Assembly: GCA_002633005.1 (NCBI GenBank)
Contig: NMRA01001181.1
Span: 9,144-42,486 of the forward strand
Length of the DNA: 33,343 bases
DNA from: Phoronis australis
Taxonomy: Eukaryota > Animalia > Phoronida
Direction: 5' to 3'
Each line of letters opens with the position of its first letter. Positions within the stretch are counted from its first letter, which is position 1. Below the pieces are notes generated by a model. The model searched no databases, was not told where the DNA came from, and saw nothing but the letters and a program-made list of their open reading frames with translations. The position numbers and the translations under genes are program-made. Positions 22,100 through 32,858 of this stretch are shown here, in pieces.

Positions 22100-23518
22100 T
22101 AGGCAATGACCATCGCCTCTGTTGGCCCGAAGCAGAGGCGATGTAGAGGCTATAGGCGCTCTGTACGCCGGAAGCTTTTCCGCGAATTATGCCTCGCACC
22201 GACTAAACCATCAAAGTCACGTTGTTATAAATACCTTTTGCGCATAGAGGAACACCTTAGGAGGTTGTTGATGTGTTTAAGTCCTTCCAACTCCAACAAA
22301 TACTCCCGTTATGAAACTTTTTCTTCGATCAGTCCCTATTTCAGTTCCCAAAATCGTGAAACCAAAATTTTTGTACTGCGCACGCTCCAATATTTTTACT
22401 GCGCTCGCTAGGTGATGTGACTTCATAACCTCAATAATTTTTAAATAGGCCAAAGGTGAGCCATTGCGGTCTTGTCAGTTGTTATGTTCGTGGTTTTCAT
22501 TAAACTTGCAGAGTTCAAAACATAACCTTATATGGCACTGGTAGCTAGAATCATAGATTGTGTAAGTTGTGCAAAACAATTCTCTGAAATCTGATTATGA
22601 CTCATGAGCATATGATCTTTAGTTCTGACAAACAAGTTTTCAGTTGAGAGTTAGACAGCATAGTGAATAGATGTATCTTGTAGATATCTAGAATAAACCC
22701 ACGTAAAACCGTAACACAGAGTTGTGTTTGAAAGAGGTTTTCATACATCTACCAGGTGTGAACGCAGTCAAACCCAGAGTGAATTGGTGTCATTGGAAAG
22801 AATATTGTCGTAACTTCGGTTGCAGTTGGGCGATTTTGGCGATTCAAAAGCTAAACATGATCACCATTTGACGAAGATTTCAGAAATACTATTGGTTTAT
22901 GTTCATATATGTTATACCTTAACTTACATTTTTAACAGCACAGCCCAGTCAGGGTAGATACGATCTTATTGGAGATTAGAGCAACTATCGAACAAAAGAA
23001 AGCTGGCCTTCCAACCATAAATGCCAGAATGGAGTTAATCAGTCGTGTAAGATATTGGCTACAGGGGTAAACTTCCCAACTTGTTGTTGGGCTATAGAAT
23101 CGAACAAGCTGAGAGAAACGGGAAACGCCGTAATGGAAGCTACAGGAGCAGGCAGAAAATTACAGAGAGGTGAAATTTCCGTCAAAAACTTTGATAAACT
23201 TGTTTTGAGACTTTAGAATGATTTCATCACTGAGATAGAGAAAGTTTGCTGTTTGTAGTGGGGCTTGTTCTCCTATGACTGATATAGCTGTGTTCAGTGG
23301 CAACTTACTGACCAACATTACTGCTGTTATCTGAAGTGGACCCCTGCCGTTTGGTGGTAAAAGTTCACCATTCAAAACCACCGTGAATGNTAACAACGTG
23401 ACTTTGATGGTTTAGTCGGTGCGAGGCATAATTCGCCGAAAATCTTCCGGCGTACAGAGCGCCTATAGCCTCTACATCGCCTCTGCTTTGGGCCAACAGA
23501 GGCGATGGTCATTGCCTA
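22100..23518. mobile_element. Non-autonomous DNA transposon with long TIRs and 9-bp TSD (AcademH- or MULE-like)
   Basis: TIRs of at least 128 bp (22100-22227 vs 23391-23518, about 3 mismatches, cut by an N at 23390), TAG...CTA termini, TSD cattaacac (22091-22099, 23519-23527). Confidence 0.88.
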
Positions 23519-23527
23519 CATTAACAC

Positions 23528-23589
23528 TAGACAATGACCATCGTCTAGATGGCCCGCAGAGGAGAGCCGATGGCGACGGTCATTGCCTA
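23528..23589. mobile_element. 62-bp miniature derivative of the same TIR family
   Basis: tagacaatgaccatcg...cgacggtcattgccta, flanked by cattaacac on both sides (23519-23527, 23590-23598). Confidence 0.85.
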
Positions 23590-23742
23590 CATTAACACAC
23601 AACTAAAGGCTGATAACGAGAAACACGGTAATGTAACCGATAACAACACTGATCAACGTCAGTGAACAAAACATAGAAATATAGAACTAGAAGTTGAATG
23701 CTCAACTCGTATGTTCTAAACGAAAATTACAACAAACCGAAC

Positions 23743-23826
23743 CTCATATGATCTGACAGCCATTGAACGGGGGCCCGCGTTAGAAGCATGCAACTGTCTA
23801 ACCATTCGCGCAAGCGTAAATCGCAT
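23743..23826 (-). CDS. FPGS: FPGS coding exon 1 (MRFTLARMVRQLHASNAGPRSMAVRSYE): putative mitochondrial leader plus internal ATG
   Basis: ATG at 23826-23824, 28 open codons, ending phase 0 at GAG|gttcgg. Arg-rich and free of acidic residues up to M22 (ATG 23763-23761). M-x-x-x-x-Y-E| parallels vertebrate MEYQ|DAV and joins in frame to exon 2 (NAVEALNGLQSN). Confidence 0.8.
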
Positions 23827-24804
23827 ACCACACGATGAGCGAATGTAAACACAAAAGAGTATTAATCTCGTGCTCAAGGACTAAAGTACTAGCCGGTGCT
23901 TTGGTGCAGGGCTAACTTGTTCAATAATTTTGTTGGTGCAATGTGCAAAAACTGCCATTAATATATAAAATATGAGATTTTGTTGGTTAAATTGTTTCAA
24001 AAACACTGATTTTTAACTTTAAAAGCCAATTTTGAAACATTTTACTCCTAATTTTCATTAACATATTTGTCGTTTATCTAACATAACAAAAAGTCAGCAT
24101 CAAGTTTGATATATTCTGTAGTATCGATCATTTTTCTGAATCTCATTGCATTCGGGAAAATGTTCATGCCTTATCCATTATGTATTGACAAGACGCTTAT
24201 GTTGTCTGATATTGGATACATAAAGCGTCTGTTATGTTTTTCTTGTCAAGAAAATTAGACCTCTCTAATGTTGTCACCAGATGGCGACAGCAACCTGACG
24301 AGAGGAAAATGGATTCCAAGTCCATGCAAAACAGACTGGCGTCAATGGAACAACGGTTGAAAAGAGAAAATGAACATCGAAAGAAAGACAGGAACACAGT
24401 CAAACTGGACCTTTTGGCATCAAGTCCAAGAAGGACTCGACCTAGTGAGTTTTCTGCTGAAATTATGCAACTTGTTTCGTGACAATTATTCAATCATCGA
24501 GTGATGTGACGCTGAAGCAGGTTATCCATTTTGGAGAATTTCTCCGGTGGGATGATTTCTGTCAATTTTTTGACGATTTTCAATGTTTCGACACATTTAC
24601 ACACCAAAATATGGCGTTTGAATTCTCTTTGTATGGATTACAATATTACTATCAGGACAAACTCAGTCCCACTGTTGCTGTTCACAGTCACGGAATGAAT
24701 TTTTTAGGGATTGAGCTATTAAACTTTTAAACAGTATTGGTCCTTACTCATTGCAATGTTTCACTATTCGTAAGCAACCCTATAATGTCAGGGTGAAAAC
24801 CTAT

Positions 24805-25342
24805 TGTAGTAATAGCCGAGATTACCCGACCCGGGGATCGAACCCGCGATCCCCATAAAACCGGCAAGCGTGCTAACCATTCAGCTAATAGGCAATTGCC
24901 CGTTAGCGCGTAGCTAACAGAGGCTCATATAATTCACCGGAAGCACATCTACAACATTCCCCCCTTTCCTACGGAACGGGCACGCGACAGGAAGGTGAAC
25001 ACCAGGATGTCTCGCATACAGGTCATCAACGTCCCTTGGTACCTTTACCACCACAACACAGGTGAACACAAGGTCGTCTCTCATACAGGTCCTTGACTCC
25101 TGGAACCTTCCACGCGCGCTGTCCCGAGGTCCGTGGGTACTAGTTGGCAGTGCTTCATCGGTAGATCATCCGTTTGCCGACTACGCCATTTGTAGTAATA
25201 GCCGAGATTACCCGACCCGGGGATCGAACCCGCGATCCCCATTAAACCGGCAAGCGTGCTAACCATTCAGCTAATAGGCAATTGCCCATTAGCGAGTAGC
25301 TAACAGAGGCTCATATAATTCACCGGAAGCACATCTACAACA
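24805..25342 (-). mobile_element. Complete TRIM with tRNA-like Pol III promoter in its LTRs (Helenus/TRIMp3-like)
   Basis: 152-bp LTRs (24805-24956, 25191-25342; TG...CA; 3 mismatches), 4-bp TSD ctat, PBS TGGCGTAGTCGGCA (tRNA-Ser; 25175-25188), PPT GGAAAGGGGGGAA (24957-24969), and a 234-bp non-coding interior. A box TAGCTGAATGG and B box GGTTCGATCCC in each LTR. Confidence 0.92.
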
Positions 25343-27129
25343 CTATTGACATTTTTAAGGCCCATTTTATGACATTTAACTTACTCTCAAGTTCCAAATA
25401 GCCATAATATCTACAATCTACATGTTATATGTTTATTTATTTTGGTTTCGTTTTCCAGTCCATATGGCGCTTATTCGGGTCTAGACAATACGTAGCTCCT
25501 TGGTTGGCTGGTTAGGGGCTACAATACGTCCCATCGCTTTTTGTATTAATTTGGTCACATGCATTTTAAACGGGAGGTAGGCAAAATCTGCTCACCGATT
25601 GAGAGTTTTCACCTCGTGAAAAATATATTCTACACTTAAAACTATCACGTAAAAAGTACTTACTTTCTTCAGGGGTCCTTTCTACTTCTACACCTATCTT
25701 CGATGAAGCATAGTTACGAGAATGAAGATGATTTTGGCGGAGAATTAAATCCAACTCCACTTTTTAGTCACTGTTAACTTTTCTAAGTGCGCATACAATA
25801 ACCTCAAAGTATTTCAACTCAGTCACTTGAGTTAGGCAACGCTAGCGCGAGATTGATCGAAGCGCGTGACACAGGCACGTGACTATTGCAAGATAGCATG
25901 GGAAGATATCAGGAAAAATTTGTAAGATTTGTGTCTCTTAGACTTTTTATTTGTCAACATGCGTGATTTCACGTAACTTCCTCAAAATGGCACCTGGTAA
26001 GAGAAATTGAGCAAACTGCAACAGATTTTCATGGATATGTTCAAGTTATGCTGACTAAATTTTTTCCAGTGTCATGGTTTGTGTTGATTATAACCCCACA
26101 TATGCGTGTTTCATTCGATTTTATTTGCTGCAACCACATTTGTGATGCATTCGTGGGTGCATTTCAACGCTCCGCGTTGCTCTTGTAATAGTAGATGTGA
26201 TCAGCAAGAGCTAAATAAAATGCGGTCTCAGGATAGTTGCATACACCTAAATGGTTACATTGTGTTTACTCCGGCAAATAAACGCTGATGACACGCATGC
26301 ACTCGCTCACTCATACACGCAGACGATTTTCAAAACAATGGTCATCGTCCAGAGATTTTTCTCATGTTGCTGGGTATGGTCGTCTGCAGATTTGAACCCG
26401 TCTTGCTCTTAACTCTTATCCTGCTAAGCCTCTATTCAAACTACTTTCCCTGTGTGGTGAGCTGTTGTGAAGGTCACCCAGACTAATGACCTAACAATTT
26501 TAAATTGGAAATTTGAAGAGGAAATGTTAATTTCACTGGAAAGAAAGCAAAATAAAAGTTGTCCAGAATTTAATGGAGATTTTCACCATCTTTATAGCGC
26601 TATGTTCAAACCATTGTTTATGTTGTTCCTAAAAAAATTTGGGTTCTATTGGTGTACCAACATATTAAGAAATTACAGAAATAAAGAATAATTATCTGTG
26701 TTAAAGCGCAATATACAGCGTGATGAAGTGATGATCAAGAGCAATAAAAGATGAGCGCAAATGCGTGATGCTTGTTGAGCATTCCGGGGCATGAAAACAC
26801 TTCAGGTCGTAAAACATCCAGCATTGAATTCTGATTTTTATGCTATCTTACTGTAAAATTTCAAATCTCTTGCTTGTTTTTATGCATAATGTACTGTATA
26901 AAAAGTCTCGTATCTAAAGTTAGAAATTATGCTTCCGCGATAACCATGCCGTCATTAATTCAACATTAAGTTGTAGGTTGGTGTAATGTCAGGCACTTCG
27001 TATTTGTAAGTTGATTCGATTTTACCTCCTTTCAATAGTTGAACAAAAGTTGATAAGCCGATGTCAAGACTGGAGTTGCCACTGGTGAACAAACAGCGAA
27101 CAGTTAAATGTTTGTTTGGCCAAAGTTCA

Positions 27130-27321
27130 CCCACTAAGTCATAAAATGGTAATTGCTGACCAAGGACACGCTTAATCTGAATTGGTCGTCTACGCTAGGC
27201 GACCACTTTGGCGACCCAAGTGCCGACCGCAGAGGCGACTCAGCAGACGCCTCCTAGCCGACCGTTGTTGGTCGGCTGGTGGTCGGCAAGACGACTGGTC
27301 GTCCAATTTCTGACTTGTGGA
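27130..27321. mobile_element. Small TIR element, possibly EnSpm/CACTA-like
   Basis: ccactaagtcataaaatgg vs the reverse complement of the right end, ccacaagtcagaaattgg; interior rich in ggtcg/cgacc motifs. Confidence 0.4.
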
Positions 27322-28248
27322 ACAAAAATTTGTGATGTGTGTTGTAAATCAACACTTTTGGACAAGGTATTTAACTCACTGACCACAACTAATAGGGTTA
27401 TATCACATAAGCAGAAATCAAAACTGAGGGACAATGCATTTGATTCACTGACCACAACTAATAGGGTTAGGGCATAGTCTATAACTTTGAGATGGTAACT
27501 TTAGGTCTATTAAAAGTATCCTAAATTGTCCAGATTCAATGAACCTCATGTGTGACACTAATCTGTCATTTATCCCTGACTCCATGTCACAAAAAACAAC
27601 AATCAAAATCTTACATGAAGTGAAAATCGATGAAAGTCCTAATCAGCTATGCACTGACCCTTAGAAACTAAAATGTTTTTTACATTCATTTGGTACAGAA
27701 AAATAGGAAACAAGAAAAAACATTACCAATAAAACGTGATGAGTATGTACAATGAAACATATACAATGACAGCGATATCTAACTTTACTTATCGAAAGAC
27801 ATACTGGTAATTATACATAAAATGCAGCTCTGACTGGTGCATTCTGGTGTCAAAATTTTTTGAAAGTTACTACATCACTACAACACCTAACACTGGTCAT
27901 CAACTTGTTCCACAATACAACATCATGTTCAATTTGTTTCATGGAGTTTGTCCCATACTCCCTATAGTAGTGCACAATAGTTGTGGGGACAGCAGTAATA
28001 CTATAGATTAGAAGATTACACAAATTCCAATAATAGTACAGACTATAGATATATTATAGACCCAGATTTTGGCCTCTAGAAAAAGAGAATAAAAGCATAG
28101 ACCTGAATGGAATAAAAATATTTATACCTCAATTATCTGTTACTAAAGAATGTTTTCCTGGGAATCGACTTTAAGGTTTGAAACATAAGATTGCATAATT
28201 CAACGAATACGGATTGTCAATTGCGGAGGTGTAAGCACCATTTCGTTT

Positions 28249-28565
28249 CAACATTATCTGCTGAGTATCCACTGACATGTCATAACATTAATCCATCATT
28301 ATCCGCTGAGTATCCACTGGCATGTCATAACATTAATCCAAGATTATCCGCTGAGTATCCACTGGCATGTCATAACATTAATCCAACATTATCCGCTGAG
28401 TATCCACTGGCATGTCATAACATTAATCCAACATTATCCGCTGAGTATCCACTGGCATGTCATAACATTAATCCAACATTATCCGCTGAGTATCCACTGG
28501 CATGTCATAACATTAATTCAACATTATCCGCTGAGTATCCACTGGCATGTAATCACATTAATCCA
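28249..28565. repeat. 45-bp minisatellite x7
   Basis: caacattatccgctgagtatccactggcatgtcataacattaatc; ctgag at 28261, 28306 ... 28531. Confidence 0.97.
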
Positions 28566-28834
28566 GTTAAAAGAAAATAAATTGAGACTAGTTCACAATG
28601 TTGGTCATAACTTTTGTGTTATTCGAGATATAATTGCATTGATTTTTGAAACGCGGCATTCTAACATGATTTGTCTTGAGACAGTAGAGCAACTGCGTGA
28701 CATGCAGGGTGCTGATATTCACGGGTAAGTTTAGGTGAAATTTGAAATTACTTATACATGTTTAAGTTAATGAAATCAAATATTCCAATTTGTCGTGTCG
28801 TAATTTTGTTTACTTAAAAAGGGGAGATCATGAC

Positions 28835-28989
28835 CAGTGTTCTCTATGACTTGTTTTGACTCGGTGCGCTTACCAGTTTGGATTTTGCCACGTCGAATTT
28901 GAGGGAAAGTGCGCCAAGCTTAAAAATTGTTGCGCCAGGCTTAAAACCTTGGAAGGCTTGGTACGCCCTCAGAATCTAATGAGAGCCTG
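28835..28989. mobile_element. hAT-like MITE (CAG...CTG termini)
   Basis: cagtgttctc...gagagcctg; its first ~55 bp are homologous to 9159-9253. No clean TSD. Confidence 0.45.
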
Positions 28990-29040
28990 ATTTTACCAAC
29001 AGTAAACATAGTTCATGTTACTAACAGGCAGTTAATACTA

Positions 29041-29169
29041 CAGTACTACGGTATATTCGCCGTAATAAGGTGCAGTACTACGGTATATTCGCCGTAATAA
29101 GGTGCAGTACTACGGTATATTCGCTGTAATAAGGTGCAGTACTACGGTATATTCGCTGTAATAAGGTGC
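29041..29169. repeat. 32-bp tandem repeat x4 at the end of a probable Tc1/pogo-like MITE
   Basis: cagtactacggtatattcgccgtaataaggtg x4, then cccggggcactta...ggcgcttatt. Confidence 0.85.
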
Positions 29170-30314
29170 CCGGGGCACTTAGTAAAATTCATTTCCGGGG
29201 GAGGCGCTTATTGTAACCTAAGGGGGTTGAAACCCAGTTTCCGAAATGGGTGAAATCGGAAGCTAGGATTCACCAAATTTATGCTATGTGTTGTGTTGGT
29301 AGCCTATGACAGGCTTTCTGCAAAACTGTGGCGCAATGCTATCAAACTTCGTTGTTAAATTACGATCATTTTACATGAAATTGTGCTGAAACCCCAGGAC
29401 GAAAACTCGCCGAAGTGCCACTGCTTCGCGATCGTTGACAGGGCACCTTGAATAAAAACACAGTTTCAACTCAACAAATTACCTGATATCCTTACACAAG
29501 TTTTACATATAGCATCCCTAAGATTTTAAGTTCCTGAGGAGTAGGTATTAACCCTTATCCTGCACTAGGCGAGGTCATCCGACGTGCCAATTATCTTATT
29601 ACAATATGTGGGGTGTACTCAATCAACTATGATAAGCTGCAACACCTTACTGGGCTTCCCTAGGAGAGTGCACTCGCCCCAGGACACTTGTGATTTTCAT
29701 TCAGAAATCGTAACAGCCCTGGCGCCAGTCCGCCAGATGTCGTTTCGCTGTAGTCAGCGCCCCCTCTCTCTCTCTGTTTCTCTCTGCCGTCTGCCATTTT
29801 GTTCTGGTATCGTTCATTCTATTCAGCTCTCAATAAACCTTAGTGTTTCGTCCACAGTTGTTCGTTCTGCATAAACAATTGCCTTCTGGCATGGAAATTG
29901 GAATGCTATTTAGATATGTAAGCATGCACAAACCATAGTTCACAGTTTCCTCTACATTTCATTGATTTAAACCATATGGCTGTGATTACTAGTTTGGAGG
30001 ATATTGGCAGGTTTATGTAAGTGTAGACATACAGCCCATTTCAATTAATGTGGTTTAAAGTTAAACCTGGTTTAAACTGGAATTAGACCTGCTTTAGAGA
30101 TAATCTGCATTTCATAAAGGTGATTTAACTTTTAGACCAGTGGTTTAGTAAAACCTGGTTTAACTCCAGTTTAGACCTGATCTAAATCAGTTTTCATTTC
30201 CCCAAGGAGGTTATTACTTCGACCTGTATTAAGATCTTAAACAGTACACACCATGGATTTTTGCACATTATGAGTTACCGGTGGTCACAGACTAAATGTA
30301 TTACGTAAAATTTA

Positions 30315-31123
30315 GGGCTGTTCCAGCAAAATCTGTATGGGAGGGGGGGAAGGCACTTTTATTTCGTACCCACCGCCCATATTTTTCATTTATTTCTCCA
30401 ACCCATGACCCATAATTTTTTAATTATTTTTAAAAAGGTTAAAATTTAAAATCCAACACTTGCAAACAAATTGCCTCCAGGAGGACCTGTTAAGAACTTA
30501 GATGATTGACAGACTAGAACTAGTTGTCTTGTCCAATATTTAAAAAACTAAAGTAGTCTGTGAGTAATACTTTTGGCAGCCACCAGGTGTCTCTGTTCAC
30601 CATGTGTCTATAATTTTAATGAACATTTTTTCATTTATAAGGATCTATGAATCTCAAACTGTCTCCACGAACTCTTTTATACTTCTATGTCAAGTTAATA
30701 TTGGAACTTGTTTGTCTTACTCGTCATACTTTTTATTTAAAAATCATCAATTTTCTTATATGTGTATGTTGCATAACGTTTCAATTCAATAGGACTGCAG
30801 ACAAATAGTTGGCTCAAATCAAGTTGCCCATGACTTGATTAATGGCTAAGTGAACATATTGCACTCTGTTCACTGGCAACATGGGATTTTTTTGTATTGG
30901 GATAAGTTAGGATATGTGCCAATTGCATTTTTTTTAGTTTTGATGGCTGGAGTAACCAACCTTTCAACATTAACAGGTAAAAAAATACCACCCATTTGTA
31001 ATGCATCACTTCTTACAGGAACGACCACCCATAATTTGATTTTTTTTTCTGAAGACCACCACCCATGAATTTTTATTTCTACTGCCGTCCCCCCCTCCCA
31101 CACAGATTTTATTGGAACAGCCC
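30315..31123. mobile_element. PIF/Harbinger (Tourist-like) MITE nested in the Kolobok-like element
   Basis: ~40-bp TIRs (gggctgttcca.aaaatctgt.tgggagggggg), 3-bp TSD tta (30312-30314, 31124-31126), no coding capacity. Confidence 0.8.
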
Positions 31124-31539
31124 TTAGCTAAACCCATGTTTATTTTGTGTAATTAGCTCGAAATTTTGATTTTTCTTTCAATTTTGCCAATTTTCACATT
31201 TGCCGCCATGTGACGTCATGGGTTGAACACAAGAGATCAGTGACTAGCATTGAACAATGGCGGAGAGCAGGGAATTTGAAAGCGACGACGATTATGAGCA
31301 AGAATTGAACAAATACTATGAAGAAACGTACAGGAATGGTGGCCAGGATGAGGAAATGGGGTTGCACGAAAGCGAGAACAAGTTTAATGTGCTTCCTGCT
31401 GCTTACTTTTCTACTTTGAGCCTTACGAACTGGATCCTCTCGCGAGAGAAGCGGCCTCGGGCTCAGCGAGTCAACCCAGTCATCACAGACGATCCTGATT
31501 TAAGAGCTGATGTTTCTGAATGATAAATATTGTCCTTTA

Positions 31540-31772
31540 TTGAACCAGGCCTTCATCGTAACGTCTCCTGTGACTGGAGTCGAAACACGAGTCCTCAAAG
31601 TGGGCAGAACACAGAGTGGCCCCGGACCGAATTGCTTGGTCCACGATGACGTCCCACACTCTAGTTCGGCGCACAAAGCGATGCCACTTCTGCGCAACTT
31701 TGGTACCCTTCGGAACACCGAGACGTTCTCCGCCTGGCTGCTGTTGCTGCACCCTCCGGAAACACATTTTTT
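31540..31772 (-). pseudogene. THAP zinc-finger remnant (frameshifted)
   Basis: KKCVSGGCSNSSQAENVSVF / PKGTKVAQKWHRFVRRTR...LCSAHFEDSCF gives the C2CH, P, W, F THAP signature split over two frames. Confidence 0.85.
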
Positions 31773-32051
31773 GATCCCTCTACGAACCTTCTCGACGCTA
31801 AATGTAGCCTACTTTGCTTTCACTTCACTCTGTACACTTTGTCTCTGAACTGAACAGTATGGTGAACGACTTGGGTTCAACCCATGACGTTGTACATAAT
31901 TATGTTTTCAAGTTTTGCGTGTTTCTTAATGAGCTGTGCACTAAAGGCACTGAAATCAAGTAAGATGTAATAATAAAATTTATTTTGAGGTACTAAAGTC
32001 ATGTTGTGTACACTTTAAAGCAGGTTTAACTTTAGAATTGGTCTGACCCAG

Positions 32052-32224
32052 ATTTAATAAGGCAGGCTTGTATGATATAAGTGCAACTGAATGAGGCTGT
32101 GGTGTGCATTTAATAAGGCAGGCTTGTATGATATAAATGCAACTGAATGAGGCTGTGGTGTGCATTTAATAAGGCAGGCTTGTATTATATAAGTGCAACT
32201 GAATGAGGCTGTAGTGTGCATTTA
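32052..32224. repeat. 56-bp tandem repeat x3
   Basis: atttaataaggcaggcttgtatgatataagtgcaactgaatgaggctgtggtgtgc. Confidence 0.93.
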
Positions 32225-32609
32225 CAACGCAGTTTTAGAGTGAGAACGGACAATTTTCAATATTTAGGACGACACAAGATCAAACGTAACAGGGGGGACC
32301 AAGAATTTTTAAAGAGAGTGGGGGTCGGATCAAGGATTTTTAAAATGAAGGCCTGGGTCAACAATTTAGAAATTTGATTTGACATCACTAAAATCGAGGG
32401 AAAAGATGTTTGGACCCCTTGAACCTCTGGATCTGTCTATACGTAGACCAGTACGTACTGTAGGGTATCCTTTGGATTCAGATTCTGAAGGTTTGAGCAG
32501 AGCGTCATTGTCGCAAGCACTATGACTAAAAAGGTATCTAATGATTATTCTAACTAAGTTCCTTCTCGATTGGTCCCCGGTTTAAGGTTGCCGGTCAGGG
32601 GTCCTGCCC

Positions 32610-32766
32610 CAGAGGCGGATTTAGAGAGGGGCCAGGGGGGCCATGCCCACCTAAAATTCTCCCAAATTCCATTTGGCAGTTTGAGGGTGCGAATGCCCTG
32701 ACGAGCAAAGTCCTGGCTAATACTCTGTCCTAGCCTCCCTAACTCAAAATCCTGGATCCACCCTTG
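32610..32766. mobile_element. hAT-like MITE
   Basis: cagaggcggat...ctggatccacccttg imperfect TIRs of the CAGGGGCGGATCC type; TSD not evident. Confidence 0.45.
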
Positions 32767-32858
32767 TGTCCCCCCCCTTTAGCTGCAAAAAAGTAAATGA
32801 CATTGAAATAAAGGTGTGCATTTACTATGTTGTGGTTAATTGTGAACAAGTACTTTAA

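Larger units (their letters stand above)
30242..32015. mobile_element. Internally deleted Kolobok-like DNA transposon
   Basis: TTAA on both sides, imperfect TIRs (acagtacacaccatgga / agtgtacacaacatgac), subterminal inverted gacgtcatgggttgaac (about 31212 and 31875), and convergent THAP and YFEP-containing ORF remnants. Confidence 0.6.

Noticed and set aside
25210-25279. Stand-alone tRNA gene (also about 24824-24893 and 8964-9033)
   Set aside because: A and B boxes are present, but the acceptor and anticodon stems pair poorly and the segment is embedded in LTRs.
28191-28580. 129-aa ORF with LSAEYPLACHNINP repeats
   Set aside because: By-product of a stop-free 45-bp minisatellite; non-ATG start and no splice or homology support.
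29549-29830. piggyBac-like start TTAA|CCCTT (similarly ttaactcatt at 1768)
   Set aside because: No corresponding right terminus identified in the window.
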